Source: Candidatus Iainarchaeum sp. | GTDB taxonomy: Archaea > B1Sed10-29 > WALL01 | Assembly (NCBI GenBank): GCA_021162685.1 | Contig: JAGGYF010000026.1 | Coordinates: forward strand, 1 to 64,000 | Direction: 5' to 3' | Length of the DNA stretch: 64,000 nt | Shown: positions 40,117-53,074 of the stretch, in pieces | Layout: each line of letters begins with the position of its first letter | Position numbering within the stretch: the stretch's first letter is position 1 | Program-made: the position numbers and the translations under genes | The notes under the pieces: model-generated | What the model was told of the DNA's origin: nothing | Seen by the model: the letters and a program-made list of their open reading frames with translations, nothing else | Databases searched by the model: none

Positions 40117-40308
40117 CTACTTAGGTTTTAATGCATTTGTTTGTTTTATCGTGGCTATTGAGTTCTTATCAACAGTGGTGCTCGCGCTCTTCGCTGTCTT
40201 GTTAAGTGTATGCACAAGAAGAAGAGCAACAGCAATCACTGCTGCAAGAACAATCAACAGCTCTGTTGAGGTCTGGGCTCTATTCTCAAATAAAGGATTT
40301 GTCTTCAT
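40117..40308 (-). CDS. Very short class III signal-peptide pilin (DUF361-like)
   Basis: NRA/QTSTELLIVLAAVIAVAL; paralogous to the neighbouring gene. Confidence 0.8.
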   Translation of the reverse strand: MKTNPLFENRAQTSTELLIVLAAVIAVALLLVHTLNKTAKSASTTVDKNSIATIKQTNALKPK

Positions 40309-40363
40309 TCTACCTCTCCCCCATTAGTAATGTATTTATTGTTTGAACTATTATAAATATGTT

Positions 40364-40933
40364 ATGGATTCACTTGAAGCTATGCATATAATAACATCAG
40401 TAATTACTATAAGTCTAGCCTTCTCTGTTGGAGCGCTGTATATTGGGATAAATAGCTTCATTGCTTCATTCCCTATTGTTCTGTTAACACTTGGAACTGG
40501 GTTTGTGCTTCATGAGCTCAGCCATAGGTTTGTTGCCAAGAAATTCGGTTGTTGGGCTGCTTATAGGGCATGGCTACCTGGACTTGCACTGGCTGTTGGC
40601 CTTGCTGTTATGACAGGAGGCAGATTTGTTTTTGCTGCTCCAGGAGCAGTATATATAGGAGGAAAACCACTTACAGTAAAAGAGAATGGCATCATATCAC
40701 TTGCAGGTCCACTTGCAAACATAGCTACTGCAATCTTCTTCCTTTTGATAGCAAATAGTCCAAACACAATAATACGAACTATTGGGTACACTGGAGCATA
40801 CATAAACTTCTTCCTTGCATTTTTCAATATGCTACCGTTTCCACCACTTGATGGGTCAAAGGTACTGCAGTGGAACACAATTGCGTGGCTTGTTCCTATT
40901 GCTATCGCTGGTTTCTTTGTTTACATGGTGTAA
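40364..40933 (+). CDS. Site-2 protease (M50 family)
   Basis: HELSH, AGPLAN and FNMLPFPPLDG motifs. Confidence 0.92.
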   Translation: MDSLEAMHIITSVITISLAFSVGALYIGINSFIASFPIVLLTLGTGFVLHELSHRFVAKKFGCWAAYRAWLPGLALAVGLAVMTGGRFVFAAPGAVYIGGKPLTVKENGIISLAGPLANIATAIFFLLIANSPNTIIRTIGYTGAYINFFLAFFNMLPFPPLDGSKVLQWNTIAWLVPIAIAGFFVYMV

Positions 40934-40943
40934 AATGTAAGTA

Positions 40944-45521
<4,578 letters not shown>

Positions 45522-45566
45522 TTGTTTAGCAATTTATGATTATGGGTTTGACTTTTATTTAAGAGT

Positions 45567-46049
45567 CTAGTTTGATTTCAGCAATTTAGCGTAATCTTTT
45601 AATACATTTAATTCATGCCTTAGAAGGATGTGATTTTCATCATGTTCTGTCCCCCCAAGAACAATCCTCTCCAACTCATTACTGTTCTGTCTGAGCATTT
45701 GTTCTATCTCATCAATTCTATTATGTATGTATTCACTGTCCATATGTCTTAATTCTTCTCTGATCAAGATCTCCCTAAGGTGATATAACTCTTCTTTCAA
45801 GTTTGATAACGAAACAGCTGCAACAGATGCGATAACAACACTCTTTGGATCTACCTTCTCTCCTGGCTTTGGTATACTATCCATCTGCTCTCTCCATGAG
45901 AGGATCTCATTCTCAATCTCCTCCTTCATCCTCCTTATTCTATCCAATGGCTTTCCCTTATGGTCCTCTTTACAGAGACTTCTTACCTCTCCCCATCTCC
46001 TAATTGCTCTATCATTCAATTCAACCAATCCATGGTATGCTTTTGGCAT
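45567..46049 (-). CDS. Hypothetical helical protein
   Basis: 160-aa ORF with TATA-like element upstream. Confidence 0.55.
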   Translation of the reverse strand: MPKAYHGLVELNDRAIRRWGEVRSLCKEDHKGKPLDRIRRMKEEIENEILSWREQMDSIPKPGEKVDPKSVVIASVAAVSLSNLKEELYHLREILIREELRHMDSEYIHNRIDEIEQMLRQNSNELERIVLGGTEHDENHILLRHELNVLKDYAKLLKSN

Positions 46050-46148
46050 GTATATTGTTTTGCATGATTTGTTTAAATAATTATTGCCTCGGCATCTCGG
46101 AAATCCACATAGTCTGTAGGGTATATATATTAAAGTGATGAAAATAGT

Positions 46149-46346
46149 GTGGTGATGGGAATGAAGCTGCTCTTAGGCAAGGACATCAAAAAACTTGACT
46201 ACCAGGAGTTAGAACTCTACAAGAACGGTTTAATGGAACTCCTTGTGAAAACACGTGGTAATAAACGATTGATTAAAGAATTGCAGCTGACGCTCACACA
46301 CCTCCAATATGCCAAGAAAGATGACTTTGGCATAGCATATATTTGA
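46149..46346 (+). CDS. Small hypothetical protein
   Basis: 65-aa ORF preceded by TATATATT and followed by a hairpin. Confidence 0.5.
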   Translation: MVMGMKLLLGKDIKKLDYQELELYKNGLMELLVKTRGNKRLIKELQLTLTHLQYAKKDDFGIAYI

Positions 46347-46386
46347 GGGGTTTTATCCCCCTCTTCATATTCACCTTTTTATTTTT
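46345..46386 (+). terminator. Hairpin plus T-tract
   Basis: GAGGGG-N7-CCCCTC, then TTTTTATTTTT. Confidence 0.4.
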
Positions 46387-46406
46387 TGAATGCTATAAAT
46401 GCATAC

Positions 46407-46661
46407 ATGTTTGAGATGACAGGTATCCTAAGAGAGGGCAAGGACGGAGGGTATATAGTAAAAGCACCAGAAACACCAGTTATACTGCTTGACAAGAAGC
46501 ATGGCCCAACCCAGCAATACCTAAAAGCCTATGGAAGATCCCTAATAGGTAAAAGGGTAAACATATATATCATAGAGCAGAGGGAGAACTTCTGGATTGC
46601 TCAAATAAGCCCAGAAGAGCTAAAAAATAAGGGGTTTGGCCGAGTACAAGAAAGAAGATGA
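46407..46661 (+). CDS. Small beta-rich protein, possibly TRAM/OB-like
   Basis: GKDGGYIVK..VILL..GKRVNIYIIEQRENFWIAQI resembles a TRAM strand pattern. Confidence 0.5.
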   Translation: MFEMTGILREGKDGGYIVKAPETPVILLDKKHGPTQQYLKAYGRSLIGKRVNIYIIEQRENFWIAQISPEELKNKGFGRVQERR

Positions 46662-46686
46662 AGAAGAAGATTTTACTTCTTCTTCA
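46659..46686. terminator. Perfect 11-bp inverted repeat between convergent ORFs
   Basis: TGAAGAAGAAG-ATTTTA-CTTCTTCTTCA. Confidence 0.45.
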
Positions 46687-46822
46687 CGATCAGTTTTATA
46701 CCATACAAGATGGCCAAAATCGTCAGTAGGTTCACTGGCAGTGTAAACATACCTAGGTCAATCAATAGCCAGATGATACCTACTATGAGGAAGATTATTC
46801 CCCACACCATGTCGGTCTCCAT
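46673..46822 (-). CDS. 49-aa two-TM membrane protein (LiaF-TM/DUF5668-like), absent from the ORF track
   Basis: GGAGGTGG SD, then METDMVWGIIFLIVGIIWLLIDLGMFTLPVNLLTILAILYGIKLIVKKK*. Confidence 0.7.
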   Translation of the reverse strand: METDMVWGIIFLIVGIIWLLIDLGMFTLPVNLLTILAILYGIKLIVKKK

Positions 46823-46884
46823 TGGATACCACCTCCTTTTCAAAACCACAAAAGAGAGATATATAAACCTTTCGCTTTTTTGTC

Positions 46885-47073
46885 CTACTCACTACGACTT
46901 TTGACGAATTTTGTTATATAAATGTTCAATCCAACAAAAAGCACGATAAGAAATGCAAAAATGCTCCCCAGGAGCTTTGAATCATACAACAGGTTGTAGA
47001 ATGCAAGAATCAGCGCAACTATGAGTGACAGCGTGAATCTCCAGTCCTTTAATAACGTGAAAAAGGATTTCAT
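46885..47073 (-). CDS. Small two-TM membrane protein
   Basis: Hydrophobic 62-aa ORF, ATGA-coupled to the upstream gene. Confidence 0.5.
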   Translation of the reverse strand: MKSFFTLLKDWRFTLSLIVALILAFYNLLYDSKLLGSIFAFLIVLFVGLNIYITKFVKSRSE

Positions 47074-47849
47074 TGGATGTCACCCCTTCCGGATGGCAAT
47101 ACCTGTAATATCTCATTGATGTCAATAGTTTCGCCAAACATCTCTTCAAGTCTTTGTTTTACCTTCTTTGCAAGCTCTCCCTTTGGTGTTTTTCCTGGAA
47201 CAATCAGGACATGCTTTTGTTTCATTGCAGACGGTGGCGCGCTGAACGCTCTCTTCTTTTCTTTATCATAACTAACCGCGATTTCTAGACTAGTATCCCT
47301 AAACCATTGCCTCTTTCCTTCAATCACAAAACTTCCTTTTGGAAGGTACTCCCCTGGTTTTGCTGAAGTCTTCACTTGTGTTGCTTTAACTGCGTAAACA
47401 TCTACCGCGCCTAAGCCCAAAGAAAATGCTTTTGAAAAGACACCTGCAAACTGGGCTGCTTCCTTTAATGTCTGTTCTGGAACATCCTTTCCTTCTGTGA
47501 TAATAATTGTTGATGGAGCACCTTGGATATCTGCATGGAGGTATACATCATGCTCCTTCATATATCTTCTAACAATTGCATTGTTTGTCCTCACATCCCT
47601 ACCCGCAATAACCAAAAAACCGTCTGATGAGAAAAACCAGTGGAATTTCTCATACCACTCTCTCTGCCTACGCTCCTTTTTCTTCTTTCGTTCCTCTGGC
47701 TTTTCCTGTTTTATTTTTTTAAGTTTTTCTTCTGTTTGTTTCATTGCCTTCTTCAGTCCCTCAATCTTCCTCTTCAACTTCTTTGCCTTTTCATAATACA
47801 TTGCTGCGTTCTCTGGGATTGATTTGTCTAGGTATAGCTTAATTCTCAT
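47070..47849 (-). CDS. Short Rqc2/NEMF-like protein (coiled coil + NFACT-R + C-terminal domain)
   Basis: ENAAMYYEKAKK, WYEKFHWF, AGRD, HADIQGA and GEYLPKGSF motifs. Confidence 0.85.
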   Translation of the reverse strand: MRIKLYLDKSIPENAAMYYEKAKKLKRKIEGLKKAMKQTEEKLKKIKQEKPEERKKKKERRQREWYEKFHWFFSSDGFLVIAGRDVRTNNAIVRRYMKEHDVYLHADIQGAPSTIIITEGKDVPEQTLKEAAQFAGVFSKAFSLGLGAVDVYAVKATQVKTSAKPGEYLPKGSFVIEGKRQWFRDTSLEIAVSYDKEKKRAFSAPPSAMKQKHVLIVPGKTPKGELAKKVKQRLEEMFGETIDINEILQVLPSGRGDIQ

Positions 47850-47932
47850 AATCTTATTTTTCAATACAGATGTATAAAAAGTATTGGTACCAGACAAAAC
47901 AATTAAATATCTCCTTGTGTTCTTCTCATTTT

Positions 47933-48577
47933 ATGACATATTGGGCAGTAGTACAGTTTATTGCAATAATTGTGTTTGGATTCTTCCTAATAAAGCTAAG
48001 AAAAAATTTGAATCTGAAAGCAAAACTTTTCTTCTTTTTGAGTGTGTTTTGTTTCTTCCTCTGGAGCATATGTAGTTTTGCATACAAGTTCGTGGTGAGG
48101 GACATAGCCATTGCGAATGTGATTATTAGTTTTGAATTTGTTGTTGTAAGTTTTGTTCCTGTATTTTGGTGCCTCACTGCACATTATTTGAGAACCGAGA
48201 GAATAAACGTAAAGGAAGCAGTGTTTTATGCTCTCCCACTATACCTCTTGCCAATAATGCTTGTTTTGCATCCATTCAGCGTAAAAGTAACGCAATTCGG
48301 ATTCCAATCATACATCGCTCCACCATACAATACCATATGGACATTAGTAGAAGCAATACCTGCTATATATGCATCCTACAAGTTATTTCAAATAAGCAAA
48401 GTCGTTTCTGAAGAAAAAGCGAAAAAACTTAAAAGACTGCTCAATGGGATGATACTAGCAGTAATTACTGGTGCAGTAATAGCTGTTGCAAAACAGTTTT
48501 TTATCATGCCAGGCATAACAATAATCTCGCCATTGATTTTTGTCTTGTATGTCTATAAGATTTTTGGAAGGGATTGA
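47933..48577 (+). CDS. Stand-alone 7TM sensor-like membrane protein (HisKA_7TM-like)
   Basis: About 7 TM segments, FF..S....LW pattern; no kinase domain. Confidence 0.55.
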   Translation: MTYWAVVQFIAIIVFGFFLIKLRKNLNLKAKLFFFLSVFCFFLWSICSFAYKFVVRDIAIANVIISFEFVVVSFVPVFWCLTAHYLRTERINVKEAVFYALPLYLLPIMLVLHPFSVKVTQFGFQSYIAPPYNTIWTLVEAIPAIYASYKLFQISKVVSEEKAKKLKRLLNGMILAVITGAVIAVAKQFFIMPGITIISPLIFVLYVYKIFGRD

Positions 48578-48581
48578 AGCG

Positions 48582-50600
48582 CTATGTCTTTTTCTTCCTC
48601 CAATTCTTTTTTGTCTCGCAGTTTACATCTAAACACATTTCATAACTTCTCTTCCCCAAAATTATTTTAACAATTGGTGTCCCACACTTCTCACATATCT
48701 TTCCTGTTGGGATTGCTTTGCCTCTTTGTGGCAATGGGTATGAAACATTGCACTTTGGGTAGTTGGTACACCCAACAAATCTCTTTTTTGTTTTCTTTGA
48801 TGTTATAATGCGAAGGTCTCCTCCACACTTGCATTTTCCAACAACACTAGTATCAACTGCCGCTGTACGTAATTCCTCACCTATGCCCATATAGTTGTTG
48901 CTCAATTCCTTCAACACCTTTTCTAACATCTTCCTTGAATCCTTGACTACATGTTCCTTTTTCTTCTTTCCATTTTCTATCTGTTCCATCTCTCTTTCCA
49001 GCTCTGCGGTCATCTTAGGAGAGGTTATATCGGGTGCATGTTTTTCAAGTGCATTTATTACAGCTATTGCAATATCTGTTGGTGTGTAATTCTTTGTTCC
49101 GTGTATGTAATGCCTGCTGATCAATTTCTTTATTATCTCTGGTCTTGTGCTCTTTGTCCCGAGATTTTTGGCTTCCATCTCCTTGATAAGTGACGCAGGT
49201 GTGTACAGTGGCTTTGGTTTTGTCTGTTTCTCTAGTAGATTGAGCTTCTTCAACAGTACTTCTTCACCGCGAGAAAGTTCTGGAAGTATACTCTCCTTCA
49301 CAGTTGAGTATGGGTAAAACTCCTTCCACCCTGCATCAATAATGGTTTGTCCATTTGCTACAAATGGTTCTTTCTCAACATCTATTTCAGCCCTTATTGT
49401 ATTCAACCTGCAATCAGGAGCAAGTGTAGCAAAAAACCTTCTGACGATAAGTTCATAGATTTTCCATGAATGCACATCAAGAGACTTTCTTGATGCCAAA
49501 CCAACAGGATGGATTGGGGGGTGGTCTGTTGTTTTCTTTTTGCCTTTTGTTGGAACAATCTTTTTCTGTGAGAGAATCTTTTTTGCTGGATCCCCAAATT
49601 CCTTATGTTCAGAAAACATTTTCAATATGGATTTTATCTTTATAGAAGGAGGATAATGCGTGTTATCCGTTCTTGGATAGCTTATAAGTCCTGATTGATA
49701 TAGCTGCTCAGCAATATCCATAGCTTTTGATGGAGTAATCCCAATGGCACTTGCTGCTCTCAAAAACTCTGTTGTGTTAAATGGTGTTGGTGGTTTTAAC
49801 TTCTTCTCCCTCTTTGTTATTTTAGTGACAATGCCGTATTTCGCGCTCTTTAATTTTTTGTATATCTGCTCGGGTTTCTCCCAGAACTTGTCTGTTTTGT
49901 GTGTTGCCTCAAAATCTATATCCTTGTGGAATATTGCACTCAATACCCAGTATGTTTTTGGCTTAAATGCTTTTCTCTCCTTATCTCTATCTACAATCAT
50001 TGCAAGTGTCGGTGTTTGCACCCTCCCAACACTTAAAAACTGGTTTCCAAGGCGACCAGATGTTAAAGATATGAACCTTGTCAGCACTGCTCCCCATATC
50101 AAATCTATTTCTCTCCTGGTATCAGCCGCATCAGCTAAGTTCTGGTTAAAGTCAACCAAATGTTTGAATGCATGCTCCACTTCCTCTGGAGTGATGGCTG
50201 AAAACTTCGCTCTGTCTACTTTAACATCTGGATTTATTTCAGTAATTATCCTTATTGCTTCTCTCCCAATTGATTCTCCCTCAGTATCATAGTCAGTAGC
50301 AATTGTAATATGAGTAACCTTTGGCGCGTAATGTTTCAAAAGTTTTACAATGTTATGTGCCGCTGGTTTGTATTGCAAAGGAGCATCAACCAATTGATGT
50401 AGATTTATTTTTCTCCAATCATTATATTGTTCTGGATAATCAACATTTAGGATATGCCCCCTTAACGGAAATACTATTGTATTATTTCCTATATCAAACA
50501 AAGAGATGCTTCCATGTTTTATCTCCTTCATCTTCCCCTTAGAAAGTATCTCAGCAATCCTCCTAGCAGCTATAGCCTTTTCTGCTATTATCAATCTCAT
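48582..50600 (-). CDS. topA: Type IA DNA topoisomerase
   Basis: IIAEK, ATDYDTEGE, GRVQTP, ISYPRTD (catalytic Tyr) and Zn ribbons. Confidence 0.96.
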   Translation of the reverse strand: MRLIIAEKAIAARRIAEILSKGKMKEIKHGSISLFDIGNNTIVFPLRGHILNVDYPEQYNDWRKINLHQLVDAPLQYKPAAHNIVKLLKHYAPKVTHITIATDYDTEGESIGREAIRIITEINPDVKVDRAKFSAITPEEVEHAFKHLVDFNQNLADAADTRREIDLIWGAVLTRFISLTSGRLGNQFLSVGRVQTPTLAMIVDRDKERKAFKPKTYWVLSAIFHKDIDFEATHKTDKFWEKPEQIYKKLKSAKYGIVTKITKREKKLKPPTPFNTTEFLRAASAIGITPSKAMDIAEQLYQSGLISYPRTDNTHYPPSIKIKSILKMFSEHKEFGDPAKKILSQKKIVPTKGKKKTTDHPPIHPVGLASRKSLDVHSWKIYELIVRRFFATLAPDCRLNTIRAEIDVEKEPFVANGQTIIDAGWKEFYPYSTVKESILPELSRGEEVLLKKLNLLEKQTKPKPLYTPASLIKEMEAKNLGTKSTRPEIIKKLISRHYIHGTKNYTPTDIAIAVINALEKHAPDITSPKMTAELEREMEQIENGKKKKEHVVKDSRKMLEKVLKELSNNYMGIGEELRTAAVDTSVVGKCKCGGDLRIITSKKTKKRFVGCTNYPKCNVSYPLPQRGKAIPTGKICEKCGTPIVKIILGKRSYEMCLDVNCETKKNWRKKKT

Positions 50601-52192
50601 TTCAAACACGCCTTCAAGAATCCGTAAAACAGTGGGGCAGGACTATCAAGCCTTGATTTGAACTCTGGGTGTGCCTGCGTTCCAACAAAGAACTTATGGT
50701 CAGGAATCTCAAGGAACTCCATAAGCTTACCATCAGGACTTCTCCCAGAAAATACGAGACCATGTTTTTCAAGTATCTCAATATAATCTGGATTCACCTC
50801 ATACCTATGCCTATGCCTCTCAGAAACTTCTGTTTTGCCATATAGTGATGCTACAATGGAGCCCTCCTTTAGTATTGCTGGATATGCTCCCAACCTCATT
50901 GTCCCTCCCTTTTCATCTATCTCCTTCTGTTCTGGAATGATGTCTATAACAGGATACTTTGTGTTCGGTTCTATCTCCGTGGAGTGTGCTCCCTCCAGAC
51001 CACATACATTTCTCGCAAATTCTATAACTGCCATCTGGAATCCAAAACAAAGCCCAAGATAGGGGATATTGTTCTCTCGGGCGTATTGTATGCACTTTAT
51101 CTTTCCTTCTGTTCCACGGCTTCCAAATCCGCCAGGAACAATAATCCCATCAACATCTTTTAACACATCTGCGATGGAGGCTTTTCCATTTTCTATATCT
51201 GTTGTCTCAATCCACTTTATATTTGCTTTTGCTTTTAGGTGAGCACCAGAATGGATAAGTGCCTCTTTGATGGAAACATAGGAATCTGCAAGTGCTGTGT
51301 ACTTTCCAGTAATTGCGATCGTTACCTCTTTTTCTGGATTTTTGATGTTATCTACAAGTTTGCTCCAATCTTCCATATGTTTTTCTCTAACAGGAAGTTG
51401 TAATTCATTCAAAACTTTTTCTGAAAAGTTCTCCTCATCAAGCACAAATGGTACCTCATATATTGTCTTACAATCATGATCAGAGATGACATTTGATTCC
51501 TTCACATTACAATACAATGCTATCTTCCTCCTTGGGCCATCCTTTAATGGTTCCTCAATCCTACAAACAACAAAATCTGGTTGTACTCCCATATGCAGAA
51601 GTTCCCTAACAGATGCCTGTGTTGGTTTTGTTTTTTGCTCACCGACAACTTTGAGTATTGGTACTAACGTTACATGAATAAAGAGTACATTGTTCTCTCC
51701 TTCTTCAAGCTTCAATTGCCTCATTGCCTCAACAAAATAGGAATTCTCTATATCTCCGATTGTCCCACCAACCTCTATAATTACTATGTCTGCATTGGAC
51801 TCTTTTCCAACCTTCCTAACCCACTCCTTTATCTCACCTGTAACATGTGGAATAAATTGTACATCAACGCCGAGATACTCCCCCCTCCTCTCCTTCTTTA
51901 ATACAAGATTGAATATTTTGCCACCTGTTGGGTTATTGTAGTAATTCATTGTTACATCAAGGAACCTCTCATAATTCCCGAGGTCCATATCACATTCTGT
52001 ACCATCATCCAAAACAAAGACCTCACCGTGTCTTAATGGATTCATTGTGCCAGCATCTACATTGAGATATCCATCAAACTTTATTGGTGTGACATTGTAC
52101 CCTCTTGCTTTTAGTAGTTTTCCGAGGGAGGATGTGACAATCCCCTTGCCCAATCCACTCAATACTCCGCCAGTAACAACAATAAATTTCAT
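50597..52192 (-). CDS. pyrG: CTP synthase
   Basis: GGVLSGLGKG, KTKPTQ, GLCFG and HPE motifs. Confidence 0.97.
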   Translation of the reverse strand: MKFIVVTGGVLSGLGKGIVTSSLGKLLKARGYNVTPIKFDGYLNVDAGTMNPLRHGEVFVLDDGTECDMDLGNYERFLDVTMNYYNNPTGGKIFNLVLKKERRGEYLGVDVQFIPHVTGEIKEWVRKVGKESNADIVIIEVGGTIGDIENSYFVEAMRQLKLEEGENNVLFIHVTLVPILKVVGEQKTKPTQASVRELLHMGVQPDFVVCRIEEPLKDGPRRKIALYCNVKESNVISDHDCKTIYEVPFVLDEENFSEKVLNELQLPVREKHMEDWSKLVDNIKNPEKEVTIAITGKYTALADSYVSIKEALIHSGAHLKAKANIKWIETTDIENGKASIADVLKDVDGIIVPGGFGSRGTEGKIKCIQYARENNIPYLGLCFGFQMAVIEFARNVCGLEGAHSTEIEPNTKYPVIDIIPEQKEIDEKGGTMRLGAYPAILKEGSIVASLYGKTEVSERHRHRYEVNPDYIEILEKHGLVFSGRSPDGKLMEFLEIPDHKFFVGTQAHPEFKSRLDSPAPLFYGFLKACLK

Positions 52193-52197
52193 ATAAA

Positions 52198-52944
52198 TCA
52201 CTTCAATCCACTTAATAGAAGCTTGTAACGTGTGAGGTATATGTTTGCTTTTAGTATTTCTAGGTATGGTATGACAAACAGGAATATGATTGTTGCGTTT
52301 ATTATGGATGATAACCAGAATATTTTAAACTGGCCAATTATGACGTCTATGAGGACAAGTACGAAAAGCAGAATGAGGGTTACAGCATAATAGAATATTA
52401 CTGCTAATGGTCTTTTTGTACAATATCTTGTTGAATCTCTTAATGCGTCTACAAACTTTTTATCTTTTAGGATCATGGATTGAGGAAGGAAGATGAAAAA
52501 TGCCCAGAGAAGAAGCATGGACAATGCTGTTATGATTGGTGGTAAGGACAACACGTTGAATAGCAACCCAATAATGAATGTGATTACTCCAAGGATAATC
52601 CATGCCACCATGAGGTTGATTACATACTCTGGAAAATGAGCCAATAGTTTCACAAATCCAATATCATCCATGGACCTCTTGAATTTCACAATAAGAGTGA
52701 CTGCTGTGCTAAGAAACGCAAGTGAGAATATACTAACCAGTGAGACGAGCCCATATATGATAAGACCAGGTGGGCTTATAGAGCCTGTTATGATATCTTG
52801 ATATCTTATAAATCCAGCACCTGCAACAACATATGTAAAGAAACTCATGAGGAAGAGCATAACTGCCAAAACCATGAATCCAAACACTGCTATAAGTCTT
52901 ATGCTCTCAAAAAAAGTCTCAAGACTATCCCACAAAATCTTCAT
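52198..52944 (-). CDS. Multi-pass membrane protein
   Basis: About 6 TM segments; overlaps the pyrG 5' region. Confidence 0.65.
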   Translation of the reverse strand: MKILWDSLETFFESIRLIAVFGFMVLAVMLFLMSFFTYVVAGAGFIRYQDIITGSISPPGLIIYGLVSLVSIFSLAFLSTAVTLIVKFKRSMDDIGFVKLLAHFPEYVINLMVAWIILGVITFIIGLLFNVLSLPPIITALSMLLLWAFFIFLPQSMILKDKKFVDALRDSTRYCTKRPLAVIFYYAVTLILLFVLVLIDVIIGQFKIFWLSSIINATIIFLFVIPYLEILKANIYLTRYKLLLSGLK

Positions 52945-52964
52945 GCCTAGTTTTTGATGAATAG

Positions 52965-53058
52965 TTTATATAAACTTTTAAGGTGTTTGCAAAAATAGGT
53001 GAGAAGGCCTCCTATGGGAGGCCCATCTCTTGTGTTGGGTGGGCTTGCAATGTTTTTT
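52965..53058 (+). ncRNA. Candidate small structured RNA or regulatory element
   Basis: Palindromic TATA (TTTATATAAA), GC-rich hairpin GGCCTCC-TATG-GGAGGCC, an alternative stem, then a T6 tract. Confidence 0.3.
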
Positions 53059-53074
53059 GGTTTAAACATATATA

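Noticed and set aside
53001-53029. SECIS-like reading of the hairpin (GAA before a GC stem)
   Set aside because: The geometry is imperfect and there is no UGA-containing selenoprotein candidate nearby.
52947-53069. Possible 40-aa minus-strand ORF (MFKPKNIASPP...) in the mtaB downstream gap
   Set aside because: No SD or recognisable motif; RNA structure explains the region better.
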